Shown: positions 13,691 to 23,700 of the stretch, one piece after another
Layout: each line of letters opens with the position of its first letter
Position numbering within the stretch: the stretch's first letter is position 1
Virus record (IMG/VR): IMGVR_UViG_3300031673_000040
Coordinates: 1 to 61,464 of that record
Length of the DNA: 61,464 nt
Source: a virus
Strand: one strand, 5' to 3'
Program-made: the position numbers and the translations under genes
The notes under the pieces: generated by a model
Seen by the model: only the letters and a program-made list of their open reading frames with translations
Databases searched by the model: none
Told to the model about the DNA's origin: nothing

Positions 13691-15283
13691 ATGGCACTTT
13701 CAAAAGATCAGCGCGATGCACTCTCGTCGGACGACTTCGCCGTACCGTCAAAGCGCGAATTGCCTATCCATGACGAAACGCATGTGCGCCTCGCTTGGGA
13801 TATGGTAGAGCGCACAGCAGATCTTACGGATTCCGAGAAAGCAACGGCCCGCGCAAGGATTCTGAAGAAAGCAAAAGAACTTGGCATGAGTACAAAGGAA
13901 TGGTCTGCAGGTGCCATAACCGCCTATGCAATCCCAGAATTAAAGAAGCTACCACTTCACGATCGTGAACACATTTTAATGGCTGCGAACGCTATTAACA
14001 CTGTTAAAGGGATAACAGATAACCAGCGTATCGAGGGCCGCATAAACATCGCCGTAGAAGCAGACCGTTATGGTCTTAATGTGAAGGCAGCAAGAAAGAC
14101 GCACCTGCACTTCGAGAGCATGGCGATTGAGATGCCTACTGTTGTTGACCATCCGAACAGGCATCCATTCTCAGGTGTACTCACGCGCTTGGATATTGCA
14201 AGCGATTTTCCTGTAGGTGGTACAACTTCCAAGAAGGTTGTCATACCCACCGCAGTAGCGGAAGCAGCTATACCTTCTTTGCTCGGCATGGCAGTAGACC
14301 ACACAAAAGATTTCAAAGGTCACGATCGTAAGCAAAAGATCGGGATCATAACAGAAGCATTTATTGGTGAAGTAGACGAAGTTTTAGGTACTCCCCTTCA
14401 CATAGCCGGATTTTTCTATGCAGCAGATTTCCCCACAGAAGTCGGGCGTATTCAAGCTGAACGCGAACTCTTAGGCTTCTCTTATGAAGCAGAAGCGTTT
14501 GTAGCCAGTGTGAATTCCGACCCTTGGGTTTGTACCGCTTGCGATTTCACAGGTGCAGCAGTCCTTTATAAGGATAAGGCGGCCTTTACATCAACATCCA
14601 TCCACGCATCAAAAGACACAGGAGAATCTACCATGACCGAAGCAGAAATCAAGGCTCTTCAAGCAAAAGCAGACAAAGCAGATGCTCTCGAAGCAGCAAA
14701 CAAAAAACTCACGGAAGAAGCTGCACTTGCTGCCGAAGCCGCTCTCAAACATCAGACGCAAGCTGCAAGCCTGCAGAAGCTCGTCAAGCCCCACGCTGAC
14801 GCTCTGCGTTCTGCTGCAACCAACATGGTATCAGCAGGTATCGGCGCAGCAAGCGAAAACGGCCATGCTGCTATCCTGAACAAGATGGCTGACCAGATGG
14901 AAGCTCAATCAGTGATGGGTAAGATCCCCAACACGTTTGACAGTTACTTCTACGGAAGCGCTGCTCCTGAAAAGCAAGTTCAAGAAGCCGCTGCAAAATT
15001 GGCCGCTGAGGCAAAGCAAAAGGACGAACTCGCCGCTATGCAAACCAAGCTGGATGACGCTCTGAAAGCGAAAGCCGCTCTCGAAGCTGGTGCAAAAGAT
15101 GAAGGCAAGAAGAAAGCCTTGAACGCGTCCGCTGCCGCCGGCCTCAAGAAATTGGGACTTGCCGAAAGCCCAGAAGGTATCACCGTCGCAGTGTTGGACG
15201 CAGCCTGCAAGAAAGCAGGTATGTCAAGCGTGGATTCAATCTCGCTGAAAATCAACCTTCGCGCAGCCGGCGCGCTCGTTTAA
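13691..15283 (+). CDS. Head scaffolding/maturation protein (possible protease-scaffold fusion)
   Basis: Two N-terminal LPIHD/LPLHD repeats and an Ala/Lys/Glu-rich C-terminal coiled coil. Lies immediately upstream of the capsid gene. Confidence 0.55.
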   Translation: MALSKDQRDALSSDDFAVPSKRELPIHDETHVRLAWDMVERTADLTDSEKATARARILKKAKELGMSTKEWSAGAITAYAIPELKKLPLHDREHILMAANAINTVKGITDNQRIEGRINIAVEADRYGLNVKAARKTHLHFESMAIEMPTVVDHPNRHPFSGVLTRLDIASDFPVGGTTSKKVVIPTAVAEAAIPSLLGMAVDHTKDFKGHDRKQKIGIITEAFIGEVDEVLGTPLHIAGFFYAADFPTEVGRIQAERELLGFSYEAEAFVASVNSDPWVCTACDFTGAAVLYKDKAAFTSTSIHASKDTGESTMTEAEIKALQAKADKADALEAANKKLTEEAALAAEAALKHQTQAASLQKLVKPHADALRSAATNMVSAGIGAASENGHAAILNKMADQMEAQSVMGKIPNTFDSYFYGSAAPEKQVQEAAAKLAAEAKQKDELAAMQTKLDDALKAKAALEAGAKDEGKKKALNASAAAGLKKLGLAESPEGITVAVLDAACKKAGMSSVDSISLKINLRAAGALV

Positions 15284-15325
15284 AACAGCAGTAAGTACAA
15301 TCGCACACAATTTAGGAGAAATGCA

Positions 15326-16324
15326 ATGAAACTCGGAATCGAAGCAAAAGCAATCACCATGGAAGCCGCAGCCGACTATCTCGGTAACGGCGCAATCGAA
15401 ACGCCTGATTTTGAGACCGAAATCACGGACGTTGTTCGTCGTTCAACCTTCGCGTTGCAGCGCTTCGCTGGCATTCCTGCAACAGGTCACCCGCATCGCT
15501 ACTTCGAGCAAATTGCAATCGCTCAAGCAGCTTCGACCGACCCACGCAACATCGCTGCCGTAGCATCCGGTCCAAATCGCGTGGAACGTCCTGCGTTCAT
15601 CAAAGCGATCGCAGCACAAACCAACTTTGGTCTGTTCGACAAAGAGGTTACCGAGCAGCAAGGCCGTTTCACCAACGTCATCGCCAAAGACATCACCGAC
15701 ATCCTGAACTCTGTTCAGATCAAGTCAGCAAAGATGATCTGGAGTGGTGCGGATACCAGTCTGTCCTTGCCCACCAGCACGGACTACATGGGCGCCTTCA
15801 TGCAGGTTACCAATCAACTGCAAATCGCCCTGGGCGCATCTATCATCGACGGCCTGAAAACTGCTGTTGCAAACATGATCGCCAACCAGTCCTTCGAAGT
15901 GATGCCAACAGCTATCTTCCTGTCGCCAGTACTGGGTGACTTGATTGACCAAGAAGCCAAAGCCGCTCACCTGAACCTGAAAGAAGTGGATGTTGTGGCA
16001 GGCGTCAAAGTTTCTGCCCTGTCTACGCAAGCAGGTATCATCCCGCTGGTGCCGGATCCTTACATGCCCAAAACATCGGACACATCGTATGGGTTCGCAG
16101 CCCCAGGTGCAGGTAACAGCAACTATCTCGCCATGATCTGCATGGAGTCGATGGTTGAGCGTCCCGTTATCTCAGGCGCAAACCACAACCCGAACCCTCG
16201 CCTGTTCCAGTTGGGCTTGCTCGGTAACCTGTCCGGCCAGTACGTCGGCTTGAAGTTTGATACAATAATCTTCAAGGGCCCGACCTACGCTCACGTAGCG
16301 GTCGCTGTTACACGTCCAACGTAA
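15326..16324 (+). CDS. Major capsid protein
   Basis: A 332-aa ORF after the scaffold gene, with SD aggaga and a downstream stem-loop. The call rests on position and size. Confidence 0.75.
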   Translation: MKLGIEAKAITMEAAADYLGNGAIETPDFETEITDVVRRSTFALQRFAGIPATGHPHRYFEQIAIAQAASTDPRNIAAVASGPNRVERPAFIKAIAAQTNFGLFDKEVTEQQGRFTNVIAKDITDILNSVQIKSAKMIWSGADTSLSLPTSTDYMGAFMQVTNQLQIALGASIIDGLKTAVANMIANQSFEVMPTAIFLSPVLGDLIDQEAKAAHLNLKEVDVVAGVKVSALSTQAGIIPLVPDPYMPKTSDTSYGFAAPGAGNSNYLAMICMESMVERPVISGANHNPNPRLFQLGLLGNLSGQYVGLKFDTIIFKGPTYAHVAVAVTRPT

Positions 16325-16341
16325 TAGCGTGATTTAGGTTT

Positions 16342-16369
16342 GCTGGGTGATACTAACACATCACCCAGC
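16342..16369 (+). terminator. Stem-loop after the capsid gene (terminator or RNA-stability hairpin)
   Basis: gctgggtga tactaacaca tcacccagc: perfect 9-bp stem, with no clear T-tract. Confidence 0.5.
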
Positions 16370-16373
16370 ACTT

Positions 16374-16390
16374 CTAAACGCCGTAAACGC
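16374..16390 (+). promoter_or_regulatory. Conserved intergenic box, copy 2 (CTAAACGCCGTAAACGC)
   Basis: Identical over 17 nt to 30941-30957. Similarity continues for about 50 nt (GCGTAGCGCGTCTAA...TTTAGTGG). Confidence 0.65.
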
Positions 16391-16431
16391 AAGCGTAGCG
16401 CGTCTAATAACGGGATTTAGTGGGGTTTATA

Positions 16432-16656
16432 ATGGTATTATGGCGAGTTGGTGGCTATCATCACATAAAAGAGTTCACAGTAGTTGTAAGACCCCATGTG
16501 CTTTTTCCAGATTCATCTGATTGGGTCGATGCCTCTGGAAAACCCATACAGTTCAGTATCGTATTTAAGTATGGTAAGACAGATGACTTACCAAGCAATC
16601 TCGCCCAGTACCTACTGGATGCAAAATTAGCGCAGGAATCAAGACTGATACTTTAA
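16432..16656 (+). CDS. Hypothetical protein (74 aa)
   Basis: ATG at 16432; the ORF track uses GTG at 16420. Confidence 0.45.
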   Translation: MVLWRVGGYHHIKEFTVVVRPHVLFPDSSDWVDASGKPIQFSIVFKYGKTDDLPSNLAQYLLDAKLAQESRLIL

Positions 16657-16657
16657 A

Positions 16658-17563
16658 ATGCCTGTCCAAACGACATATCTCGCATCAGCAGACTATCCAG
16701 GCGTAGGCTTGCCTACAGCAACGACAGCAGATCAGGTAAGCAGAGCATCGGACATAATTGACGCCTACCTGCAACGGAATGAAGGCCTGCTGTGGACACC
16801 AGACGCGAATGGAGCGCCCTTGTGCATGACGAGGCAGCAACCTCTAGCAAGTAGGACTCTCGTTGGAGCAATAGCTGCAGGCGATCTTGTACCCGCTGTT
16901 CTAACCGGAGGCCCTGTACTTACCATTGGCGACCCACTCGTGCTTAACAGAACTGGAAATACAGCAGAGATTTGCAAAGTAGAATCAATACAAGACAGCA
17001 CACACGTAATCCTATTAAAAGTCGCGAACAATCACGCAGCAAATGAAACAGTCGAATCGGGTTTGCTTATCGAGCAAACTGTAAGGCTGCCAAAGAATAG
17101 AAGCATCGCGACAGTAAGTAAAGGCCCTATTGCATCTGTTTTCTCAATGATGGGCCGCATTTCTTACTCAAGGCGCGGAGATCCTCCTGGACTGATGCAG
17201 GAGTACGCAATGCTACAAGCAACAACCGCCTTCGGCGGAGCACCTTCGTGGCAGGACATTGTTGTCCAGCCGAGTGATATAGAAAAGAATACAAATCAGA
17301 TCTGGTGCCCGATCGGTATTTTGATGGTTCCTTATTCCGAGGTTAAAGTAGCATACATAGGCGGGTATATCGCTGCTGCACTTCCTTTCCAAGTGAAACA
17401 AGCCTGCGCGAATGTGATTATAGCAATCGGAGAATCTCCAGCAAGCCCAAATATGAAATCGTTTAAGGCAGGCGATACGCAAATGACTCGGTTCCTGGAC
17501 TCTGTTATAGACAACGATACGCGTACCTTACTCGCACCTTACGTTTCGAAACTTTACGGCTAA
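16658..17563 (+). CDS. Hypothetical virion protein (head-tail connector region by position)
   Basis: A 301-aa ORF tightly packed between the capsid and head-tail joining genes. Confidence 0.55.
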   Translation: MPVQTTYLASADYPGVGLPTATTADQVSRASDIIDAYLQRNEGLLWTPDANGAPLCMTRQQPLASRTLVGAIAAGDLVPAVLTGGPVLTIGDPLVLNRTGNTAEICKVESIQDSTHVILLKVANNHAANETVESGLLIEQTVRLPKNRSIATVSKGPIASVFSMMGRISYSRRGDPPGLMQEYAMLQATTAFGGAPSWQDIVVQPSDIEKNTNQIWCPIGILMVPYSEVKVAYIGGYIAAALPFQVKQACANVIIAIGESPASPNMKSFKAGDTQMTRFLDSVIDNDTRTLLAPYVSKLYG

Positions 17564-17564
17564 C

Positions 17565-17906
17565 ATGGCAGACCTTATCTATAACAGGACAGCGATATTC
17601 AGCAGATCAACGCTCGTAACGGACGCGACAAATGGTTCGAGGATGGTGCCTGTGGTAACAGCGAGCAACGTGCCCTGCGCCATACAGTCCGGAAGAACAA
17701 GGCACGCAGGATCGCAAGCAGTTCCGGCCGGTGTGCAGACAATAAACACAAACGACATGTCTGCCTGGGTGCTGATAACAAGGCAGGTACTGGACGTAAA
17801 ACAGAATGACAATGTGGTAGACGATTTGGGAAGGCAGTGGATTGTTGTAACAGCGTACCCAACGTCTTTTGGAAGTCAAGTAGGACTTAACCCGCTACAA
17901 CCATGA
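17565..17906 (+). CDS. Head-tail adaptor/closure protein candidate
   Basis: A 113-aa ORF overlapping its neighbours. The call rests on position only. Confidence 0.5.
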   Translation: MADLIYNRTAIFSRSTLVTDATNGSRMVPVVTASNVPCAIQSGRTRHAGSQAVPAGVQTINTNDMSAWVLITRQVLDVKQNDNVVDDLGRQWIVVTAYPTSFGSQVGLNPLQP

Positions 17907-18343
17907 TAGCGTCGAATCACAATTTAGCAGTCGCGGACTTAAATGCGATACTTAACAGGACGCTTGATTTCGTGCCTGTATTCGATTTCATAGGCGCACA
18001 TGTCGTTGCAGAAGTAAAAGACAGGATACAAAATACAAAGTTGGATCCAGCAGGAAACGAGTGGGCACCTTGGCGCCCTATGACAGAGACTTTACGTACT
18101 CTCGCAGGTAATGTGGAGCAAGGTCTTCTTTGGGACACAGGAGATTTGCTGGACTCTATACATGAAGAGGTAGATGGTTCTTTTACGCTTGCTATAGGTT
18201 CAGATTCAGAGTACGCCGACGCTGTGCAAAATGGAATAGAGGGTAAGCAAGTGGCGCGTGAGTTCCTGGGCTGGACCGACGAGGATATAGTGTTTGTACG
18301 CGAAACAACGTTAATGTATCTTGAAATGGGTGTTTTACTTTGA
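17903..18343 (+). CDS. Virion morphogenesis / tail completion protein (Mu gpG / PF05069-like)
   Basis: NEWAPWRPMTETLR...GLLWDTGDLLDSI...YADAVQNG...REFLGW fits the virion morphogenesis family pattern. Confidence 0.6.
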   Translation: MIASNHNLAVADLNAILNRTLDFVPVFDFIGAHVVAEVKDRIQNTKLDPAGNEWAPWRPMTETLRTLAGNVEQGLLWDTGDLLDSIHEEVDGSFTLAIGSDSEYADAVQNGIEGKQVAREFLGWTDEDIVFVRETTLMYLEMGVLL

Positions 18344-18771
18344 CAGCAATCGCATCCTTGATGGAACAACTGTACACTCTGGTTAGCGGAGTTACGAAGC
18401 TCGCGAACTCGACGGGAACATCTGTAAGTACAACGTACCCAGATCCGACGTCAGTGTCCATCCCATTACCAGCAGCATGGATCGCGTATGCAGGTTCAGT
18501 TCCACAGGATAAGATTCAAGGAGGAGTCGTACCTAAGCAGTTGAGTTTAAAGAATATCTTTGTAGTGATGGTTTACCTGGATAACACTCAAGGGCAAGAT
18601 GCTCTTATAAATGCCCAGTTACCTATTTTAGACGCTGTCGTTGAAGCGATAAGAGGTGTAGAAGCCACAGCAACGAAGTTCAGATTCAATTTTGAAGGGC
18701 AGCGCCTTCACTCTGTAACAGCAGCAAGGCTCGCATACGAGCAGCGATATAGTGTAGTGACTTACAGCTAA
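18340..18771 (+). CDS. Tail terminator candidate
   Basis: A 143-aa ORF upstream of the major tail gene, overlapping the previous stop. Confidence 0.5.
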   Translation: MTAIASLMEQLYTLVSGVTKLANSTGTSVSTTYPDPTSVSIPLPAAWIAYAGSVPQDKIQGGVVPKQLSLKNIFVVMVYLDNTQGQDALINAQLPILDAVVEAIRGVEATATKFRFNFEGQRLHSVTAARLAYEQRYSVVTYS

Positions 18772-18781
18772 GGAGAAGAAA

Positions 18782-18985
18782 ATGCTACAAGAAATTACTC
18801 TGCAACAGGATCACAAAGAGGGCGACGTTCAGCACTATAAAGGGCAGACCGTAATGCTCCCTAAAGAGACAGTGGAGTGGCTTAAAAGCGTAGGTCTCGC
18901 GCAGCGCGCCGAAGCAGTTATCGTGGTTGAAGCGCAAGAAGTAGAGGTAGAGCAACCCGTAAAGAAGAGTAGATTCGAAGAGTAA
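18782..18985 (+). CDS. Hypothetical protein (67 aa)
   Basis: SD aaggagaag upstream. Confidence 0.5.
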   Translation: MLQEITLQQDHKEGDVQHYKGQTVMLPKETVEWLKSVGLAQRAEAVIVVEAQEVEVEQPVKKSRFEE

Positions 18986-19016
18986 CTTAACCACGTAGAT
19001 TATTAAGGAGAAACAA

Positions 19017-20066
19017 ATGTACAATGACGCGAATTACGGCCTCTTCCAAGGCTCTCTGTTTATGCAACGCCGCTCCATCAACGGAGGCCCAATAGGCCCG
19101 ATGTTGCAAGTTGGCGACGCTGACAAGTTCGAAATCTCACCTACACAAACTTTCGACGACATTGCAGAAAGCCGTTCCGGACAACGCATGACCGCAGCCC
19201 ACACTCCGACGAAAACAGACGTCAAAGTGAAAGCGAACCTACTGTTTAGCAGCAAGCAGAACCTTGTTGCTGGCCTCTGGGGTACTGATACGGGCGCTGT
19301 TCCCGCTGGTACTGTTACTGCAGAAGTGCAAAAAGCATACAACAACTCGCTCGTACCATTGGCAAACCTGGGCGTGAGTTCGGTCGTCGCAACCCTTGCT
19401 GGTGTGACGGGAACGATTGCTTCTGTCGCAGTAACCGCAGGCGGCACTGGCTACACCCCGGGTCTGCTCGCAATCACGTTTGCCGGTACTCCAGGCACAG
19501 GCGCCACTGGTTTCGCAGTCGTCAACGCTGCAGGCGTCATAACAGGCGCTTATGTCACTGCTCCAGGATCTGGTTATGCAGCACCAACCGCCACTGTAAC
19601 AGGCGGTGGTACAGGAGCAACCTTGGTCGCGAACATGGGCGCAGCAGCGCTTGTTCTCAACACAGACTACACTGTGGACGCAGCAAATGGATCACTGACC
19701 ATTCTGCCAGGAACAACTCTCGTTCCTGCTTACGTGGACACGTACCAAGTGGGCCCAACTTCGGGCGGACAGGTCAGCATTTCCGTCGCCTACGCTTACG
19801 CTGCTTACACTGGCAAGGTGGAAGCGTTCACGTCCGGCATCCAGTACTACACGATGCGCTTGCAAGGATTCAACATCGCAAACAACAACCAGCCCGTTGT
19901 CTGCAACGTCTACCAAGCAGCTCTGGACATGACCAAGATGTTGAGTCTGATTGAAGCAAAGCACAACTCCATTGAGTTGGATGGTATGCTGTTGCAAGAC
20001 ACTCTACGTCCGTTGCCAACCGCCGCAGCGCCTTACTCGCAATTCTTTAACATCGTAAAGGCGTAA
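19017..20066 (+). CDS. Major tail (tube) protein
   Basis: A 349-aa ORF with SD aaggaga, directly upstream of the frameshifting chaperone pair. Has a central Gly/Thr/Ala-rich repeat (GGTGYTPG ... GSGYAAP). Confidence 0.65.
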   Translation: MYNDANYGLFQGSLFMQRRSINGGPIGPMLQVGDADKFEISPTQTFDDIAESRSGQRMTAAHTPTKTDVKVKANLLFSSKQNLVAGLWGTDTGAVPAGTVTAEVQKAYNNSLVPLANLGVSSVVATLAGVTGTIASVAVTAGGTGYTPGLLAITFAGTPGTGATGFAVVNAAGVITGAYVTAPGSGYAAPTATVTGGGTGATLVANMGAAALVLNTDYTVDAANGSLTILPGTTLVPAYVDTYQVGPTSGGQVSISVAYAYAAYTGKVEAFTSGIQYYTMRLQGFNIANNNQPVVCNVYQAALDMTKMLSLIEAKHNSIELDGMLLQDTLRPLPTAAAPYSQFFNIVKA

Positions 20067-20102
20067 GAAGCAGTTTCCCATAACCCATAGAAAGATATAA
20101 TC

Positions 20103-20591
20103 ATGTCCGATCTCGACGTACTTTTCCCATCGGGCATACCAGTAACCATAAATGGCGAGACCTTAACGGTCTTGCCGTTTACATTTGGTATGCTACCTAG
20201 CGTTACGAAACACCTCGTACCCATCGTCAACGCACTCGCGGAATCAGGTCTTGTAGGCTACGTACTCGACGAAACCACGAAAATGAAATCTATTCAGATT
20301 TCGAAAGACTGGGCGCAACGAATCCCCGCCATTCTCGAAGCGGGTGGGGAGAACGTTATCGCGCTTGCAGCATTGGCGATCAGTAAGCCACGCGCCTTCC
20401 TGGACACAGTGCAACTCGACGAAGGCATCAGTCTCGTCAAAGCTATTGTTGACGTTAACATGGATCTGATAGCAAAAAAAGTCCTGCCGATGATGCCAGT
20501 GGCTCCGGCCCCAGCGCAGGATGGGGAGACATTGTCGGACTCCTCAAAAGTGGAGGACACAGCAACAGCGAAATCGCCGGATACACATTAG
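20103..20591 (+). CDS. Tail assembly chaperone (G-like, zero-frame product)
   Basis: Lies between the major tail and tape measure genes. Contains the slippery heptamer A AAA AAA. Confidence 0.7.
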   Translation: MSDLDVLFPSGIPVTINGETLTVLPFTFGMLPSVTKHLVPIVNALAESGLVGYVLDETTKMKSIQISKDWAQRIPAILEAGGENVIALAALAISKPRAFLDTVQLDEGISLVKAIVDVNMDLIAKKVLPMMPVAPAPAQDGETLSDSSKVEDTATAKSPDTH

Positions 20592-20737
20592 CACAGATTC
20601 GCTTGCATCTTAAAGCGCTTGAAAGAAGGCTGAACAGGCACAAAGTAGAAAGTATGCAAGCAGTCCGACTCGCAGTATGGGCGGATCCAGAAGATCTCTC
20701 AAAAGAAGTTGCACGTTTATTAAGAGGTGACCCTTGA
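20103..20737 (+). CDS. Tail assembly chaperone, -1 frameshift product (GT-like)
   Basis: A shift at 20474-20480 opens a -1 frame running to the TGA at 20735-20737. It encodes ...SPADDASGSGPSAGWGDIVGLLKSGGHSNSEIAGYTLAQIRLHLKALERRLNRHKVESMQAVRLAVWADPEDLSKEVARLLRGDP. Confidence 0.6.
20474..20480 (+). promoter_or_regulatory. Programmed -1 ribosomal frameshift slippery site A_AAA_AAA
   Basis: The zero frame reads GCA AAA AAA GTC (frame checked from the 20103 start). Confidence 0.6.
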
Positions 20738-23700
20738 GCGAAATGTTCATAAAGATGCAGTTGAGCTTGACGGACGTTGCTTCGGGGCCGCTTGCAGCTT
20801 TCATCGAAAAACTAAACTCTGTGGATGGTGTATTGACGCGAGTTAATGCGCGTCTTGCAGGTTTTTCTGAGCAAATGGCGAGCTTGGGAACAGCAGCAAC
20901 TTCTGGCACAGGCGGTGTCTCAGCTCTTGAAGAAACTGTCCTCGCGCTATCAACAAGCCTTATGGCGATGGAAGCTAAGTTGTCGGCAGGTGTGCTCGGC
21001 TTCACGAACCTAGCATCCTCCGCTCTGGAAGCTTCTACAGCAGTTGAGGCATCATCAGCAAAGATAGCAGAAGCCGGCGCAGTCGTCGCGGGCGTCAATA
21101 AAGAGGTCACAGGTCTTAGCGGCTCACTAAAACAGATGGCTGCCTTGTGGGGTGCGTTTGAGGTTAAGAAAGGCTTAATGGGGTCTGTGCATCAAGCAGC
21201 AGTTCTCCAGCAAGCCCAGATGCAACTACGCTCGTATAACCTAGGCTCGCAAAAAGAGCAGGGCGTCTTTTCGGGCGCTCGTAATATGGCAGACAATACG
21301 CCATACATGGACTACAACTCGTCTCTTAAAGCGTACAACGCAGCTTTAGCGGGTACTGCGACACCTTCCGATATATCAAACCACACGTTAGACAAGATCG
21401 TGCCATTGCTCGCAATGGTCTCCAATAACCTCATGCGCCTCGGCATGAAGGGAAACATGGAAGACAATGTACGTAACCTAATGGCGGTAATGGAGGTACG
21501 TCAGCAGGTAAACGATCCAAAAGCAATGGCAGAAACTGCTGGTTTACTGCAAAAAGTCGTAACCGCATCAGGCATGAAACTGAACGTGCAGGACATGGAA
21601 ACTGTCATGCGCCAGATTAAGTATGGCGAAGCAATGCACCTATCAAACGAAGGTCTTTATAAGTTAATGGCTTTCGTAGAGCAGTTGAAGGTGGCAGGCG
21701 GGGGCAGTGGAGGTGCTCGCGGCGTGTCAATGGCGGGAACCGCGATAACCGCGATCATGCGTTGGGCGCTTGGCGGCCGCATGAATAAACAAGCAGCAGA
21801 TGTTCTCGGTCAAATAGGCGTACTAGATCAAGGACATATTCTTCACGATAGCAGCACAACAAGCACAAATGTCGCTCCAGGCGGGCTTATAAACTCACAA
21901 CTACTGCAAGAAAGCCCAATCGACTGGATGCACAAGTACGGGCCCGCCTTCTTGGCGTATACTCAGAAACACGCAGAACAATACTACAAGGGAAAAAGCA
22001 CAACAGACCCAATAGCTCAAGAAGAAGCTCTGCAAAAGCTAGGCGTTATTCTTACGAGTTCACAAGGCGGCCAGAATGTTGGCGACATGCTTATACGGTC
22101 AATGACCCCACGCTCTTACGAACGTATGTCAAACGTAGCCAACCTAGCAAAGAATTCCCTAGGCCCTGAGGCGTTAAATGCTCAGATACAAGCTACTTAC
22201 GTACAGAATGTAGCAAACTATGATGCAGCTTTCCACAAACTCGCCGTAACAGTGGGCAACACTGTTCTACCTGCATTCACAAGCCTAATTGAGAACCTCA
22301 CAGTACTCATCGAGAAAGTTAACACTTTCGCAGAAAACCACTCTTTTATAACACAATTGTCTTTTTGGGGTATCGCAATAACAGGGGTCGCTACAGTGGC
22401 GAAGACAGCTTTCGCACTCTTTGGATCCGGCGCAACACTCCTTCCTTTTATACTTGAAAAGCTATCCGGCGCTGTTCTGCTCCTTGCAGGCAGGGTAACA
22501 CTTCTCGCAGGCGCTTTTACAGCAGGCTGGGAATTCGGTACCTGGATAGACAACCTAAATATCTTCGGAGCAACGTTAAATAAGTGGATCGATCGCCTAC
22601 TCGTTTTCTTAGGCTTAATGTATGAGGCGAAAGGCGACTACCCAACAGCAAGGAGCAAGACACCCTGGAGAACATCGCACTCTAGCGCACCCGGAATATC
22701 AGCACCCTTTATGCCGATATCGGCAGGATCAGATACGGGCGAAAAAGCGCACCCGCATTCAGCGGACATAGCAAAGATGGCAAATTACAGAAACGAACTT
22801 AAGAAAGAGCAAGTTCTCCGCGACCCGAATAATTCCAACTTGCGTAATCTTGAATTAGACAAAGAGTTCTGGCAAAAGAAAATAGCAATCGGTAGGGCAG
22901 GAGCTAAAGAACTCCTGCGTATGAAAACAACAGAGTTAACCCTGGAACTCGCTATCATAAAGGAGAAGCGTAAGGAAGAACTGCAAATAGCGATGCAAGA
23001 TGCACAAGAGAAGCAACGCCTCGCAATGGGCGGCATTCAAGCAAAGGGTGTTGCTGCAAACCAGCAGTATTCCATGGGCATAATAGATAAGAATCAACTG
23101 CTTACGAAACTGAAGGCAATTGAGGACGAAAAATACGCGCTGACAGAAGCAGGTCTCGCTAACGAAGCACTCTTACAGAAAAACAATGCTGTTAAATACG
23201 ACGCTATACTTAACAAAGAATTAGACGCGAAACGCGCTCACGAAGCTGCCATTCAAGCTCTTGACAACAAAACAGCTCTTGAAGCCAACAAGCTCTGGAT
23301 GGGGACCCGCAACGTAATGGAAAGCTCTTTCACAGGTCTGATGGTCAGCTTGGGTAAGGGTACGAAAGGTCTTGCGCGCTCTGTAGACGATATGCTGAAG
23401 TCTATCGAAAGCGGTATGCTCAATCTCATCGCAAAAGATCTTTCTAATCAGCTGATGCAGTCACTTTTCGGCGGCAGCAATACAAGCCCAACCGGCGGCC
23501 CATCATCGGGCGCGTTAGGAGGCTTGGTTGGTGGTATAATGAGTTTGTTTGGCGGAGGAGCAGCGGGAACAGCGACAGCGAGCATGATGATGGGGACGCC
23601 TATGGCGATGGGCGGAGCAGCAGGGTACACGTCAATGATTCCAGGCTTCGCAGTAGGGACAGATTACGTACCTCAAGACATGCTCGCTATGGTACACAAG

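Noticed and set aside
16428-16433. TATAAT hexamer as the promoter for ORF 16432-16656
   Set aside because: The hexamer overlaps the ATG itself, so it cannot serve that gene. It is probably coincidental.
20610-21110. A 166-aa minus-strand ORF overlapping the tape-measure 5' end
   Set aside because: It is antisense to the tape-measure gene and is Ala/Ser/Thr-rich, mirroring the tape-measure codon composition.
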